Below are positions 61,201-64,000 of a stretch of DNA of 64,000 nt, piece after piece. Source of the stretch: Nemertoderma westbladi (taxonomy: Eukaryota; Animalia; Xenacoelomorpha); assembly GCA_032718475.1 (NCBI GenBank), contig JAUCBJ010008795.1, forward strand, positions 1 through 64,000, given 5' to 3'. The translations under genes and the position numbers were made by a program. Every line of letters starts with the position of its first letter. Position 1 is the first letter of the stretch. The notes beneath the pieces were generated by a model that did no database searches, was not told where the DNA came from, and saw only the letters and a program-made list of their open reading frames with translations.

Positions 61201-64000
61201 CAGGTTAGGTGTTATTGTCCTGTGAGTACATCAGTAGGAACAGGTTAGGTGTTATTGTCCTGTGAGTACATCAGTAGGAACAGGTTAGGTGTTATTGTCC
61301 AGTGAGTACATCATGAGGAACAGGTTAGGTGTTATTGTCCAGGGAGTACATAATGAGGAACAGGTTAGGTGTTATTGTCCAGTGAGTACATCAGGAGGAA
61401 CAGGTTAGGTGTTATTGTCCTGTGAGTACATCAGTAGGAACAGGTTAGGTGTTATTGTCCAGTGAGTACATCATGAGGAACAGGTTAGGTGTTATTGTCC
61501 AGTGAGTACATCATGAGGAACAGGTTAGGTGTTATTGTCCAGGGAGTACATAATGAGGAACAGGTTAGGTGTTATTGTCCAGTGAGTACATCAGGAGGAA
61601 CAGGTTAGGTGTTATTGTCCAGGGAGTACATCAGTAGGAACAGGTTAGGTGTTATTGTGCAGTGAGTTCATCATGAGGAACAGGTTATGTGTTATTGTCC
61701 TGTGAGTACATCAGTAGGATCAGGTTAGGTGTTATTGTCCAGTGAGTACATCATGAGGAACAGGTTAGGTGTTATTGTCCAGTGAGTACATCAGGAGGAT
61801 CAGGTTAGGTGTTATTGTCCAGTGAGTACATCAGGAGGAACAGGTTAGGTGTTATTGTCCAGTGAGTACATCAGTAGGAACAGGTTAGGTGTTATTGTCC
61901 TGTGAGTACATCAGGAGGATCAGGTTAGGTGTTATTGTCCAGTGAGAACATCATGAGGAACAGGTTAGGCGTTACTGTCCTGTGAGTACATCAGGAGGAA
62001 CAGGTTAGGTGTTATTGTCCAGTGAGTACATCAGGAGGAACAAGTTAGGTGTTATTGTCCAGTGAGTACATCAGGAGGAACAGGTTGGGTGTTACTGTCC
62101 TGTGAGTACATCAGTAGGAACAGGTTAGGTGTTATTGTCCAGTGAGTACATCATGAGGAACAGGTTAGGTGTTACTGTCCTGTGAGTACATCAGGAGGAA
62201 CAGGTTAGGTGTTATTGTCCAGTGAGTACATCAGGAGGAACAGGTTAGGTGTTACTGTCCTTTGAGTACATCAGGAGGAACAGGTTAGGTTTTATTGTAC
62301 ACTGTACAGTGAGTACATCAGGAGGAACAGGTTAGGTGTTATTGTCCTGTGAGTACATCAGTAGGAACAGGTTAGGTGTTACTGTCCTGTGAGTACATCA
62401 GTAGGAACAGGTTAGGTGTTATTGTGCAGTGAGTTCATCATGAGGAACAGGTTATGTGTTATTGTCCTGTGAGTACATCAGTAGGAACAGGTTAGGTGTT
62501 ATTGTCCTGTGAGTACATCAGTAGGAACAGGTTAGGTGTTATTGTCCAGGGAGTACATCAGTAGGAACAGGTTAGGTGTTACTGTCCAGTAAGTACATCA
62601 GTAGGAACAGGTTAGGTTTTATTGTACACTGTACAGTGAGTACATCAGGAGGAACAGGTTAGGTGTTATTGTCCTGTGAGTACATCAGTAGGTACAGGTT
62701 AGGTGTTACTGTCCTGTGAGTACATCAGTAGGAACAGGTTAGGTGTTATTGTGCAGTGAGTTCATCATGAGGAACAGGTTATGTGTTATTGTCCTGTGAG
62801 TACATCAGTAGGAACAGGTTAGGTGTTATTGTGCAGTGAGTACATCAGGAGGATCAGGTTAGGTGTTATTGTCCAGTGAGTACATCAGGAGGAACAGGTT
62901 AGGTGTTATTGTCCAGTGAGTACATAAGTAGGAACAGGTTAGGTGTTATTGTCCTGTGAGTACATCAGGAGGATCAGGTTAGGTGTTATTGTCCAGTGAG
63001 AACATCATGAGGAACAGGTTAGGCGTTACTGTCCTGTGAGTACATCAGGAGGAACAGGTTAGGTGTTATTGTCCAGTGAGTACATCAGGAGGAACAGGTT
63101 AGGTGTTATTGTCCAGTGAGTACATCAGGAGGAACAGGTTGGGTGTTACTGTCCTGTGAGTACATCAGTAGGAACAGGTTAGGTGTTATTGTCCTGTGAG
63201 TACATCAGGAGGATCAGGTTAGGTGTTATTGTCCAGTGAGTACATCATGAGGAACAGGTTAGGTGTTACTGTTCTGTGAGTACATCAGGAGGAACAGGTT
63301 AGGTGTTATTGTCCAGTGAGTACATCAGGAGGAACAGGTTAGGTGTTACTGTCCTTTGAGTACATCAGGAGGAACAGGTTAGGTTTTATTGTACACTGTA
63401 CAGTGAGTACATCAGGAGGAACAGGTTAGGTGTTATTGTCCTGTGAGTACATCAGTAGGAACAGGTTAGGTGTTACTGTCCTGTGAGTACATCAGTAGGA
63501 ACAGGTTAGGTGTTATTGTGCAGTGAGTTCATCATGAGGAACAGGTTATGTGTTATTGTCCTGTGAGTACATTAGTAGGAACAGGTTAGGTGTTATTGTC
63601 CTGTGAGTACCTCAGTAGGAACAGGTTAGGTGTTATTGTCCAGGGAGTACATCAGTAGGAACAGGTTAGGTGTTACTGTCCAGTAAGTACATCAGTAGGA
63701 ACAGGTTAGGTTTTATTGTACACTGTACAGTGAGTACATCAGGAGGAACAGGTTAGGTGTTATTGTCCTGTGAGTACATCAGTAGGTACAGGTTAGGTGT
63801 TACTGTCCTGTGAGTACATCAGTAGGAACAGGTTAGGTGTTATTGTGCAGTGAGTTCATCATGAGGAACAGGTTATGTGTTATTGTCCTGTGAGTACATC
63901 AGTAGGAACAGGTTAGGTGTTATTGTCCTGTGAGTACATCAGTAGGAACAGGTTAGGTGTTATTGTCCAGGGAGTACATCAGGAGGAACAGGTTAGGTGT
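40203..64000. repeat. 40-bp intronic satellite, ~590 copies, running off the window (GAGTACATCAG[G/T]AGGAACAGGTTAGGTGTTATTGTCC[A/T]GT)
   Basis: Direct reading; 44-, 45- and 47-bp variants; higher-order duplications. Confidence 0.99.

Noticed and set aside
13775-64000. CRISPR-like arrays
   Set aside because: Head-to-tail repeats with no unique spacers, no cas genes, and a eukaryotic context
40230-64000. Telomeric TTAGG repeat
   Set aside because: TTAGG occurs once per 40-mer as part of the splice donor, not as tandem pentamers

Overview
Repeat-rich eukaryotic (probably invertebrate animal) genomic DNA. Host genes: an intronless nucleolin/NSR1-like gene (6056-7861, -) and the first coding exon of the spliceosomal helicase PRP16/DHX38 (39321-40229, +). 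A third gene or pseudogene, resembling a type II membrane GT-A glycosyltransferase, is split by a satellite. Two satellites fill about half the window: a 29-bp array (~13.8-20.5 kb) and a 40-bp array (40.2 kb to the window end). Both have units centred on an AG|GT splice-junction sequence and both begin exactly where a coding frame ends. The 40-bp unit is a copy of the PRP16 exon/intron junction. Splicing out the 29-bp array at its first and last AG|GT would restore a continuous protein-like frame. Mobile DNA includes two BEL/Pao-type gag-protease elements lacking RT and integrase. One is followed, in the env/accessory position, by an intact ~1400-aa ORF with a DEDDy 3'-5' exonuclease domain and zinc knuckles. 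Also present are RTE-like LINE fragments, nested MITEs and Helentron-like non-autonomous elements. All assignments come from reading motifs by eye; no searches were run.
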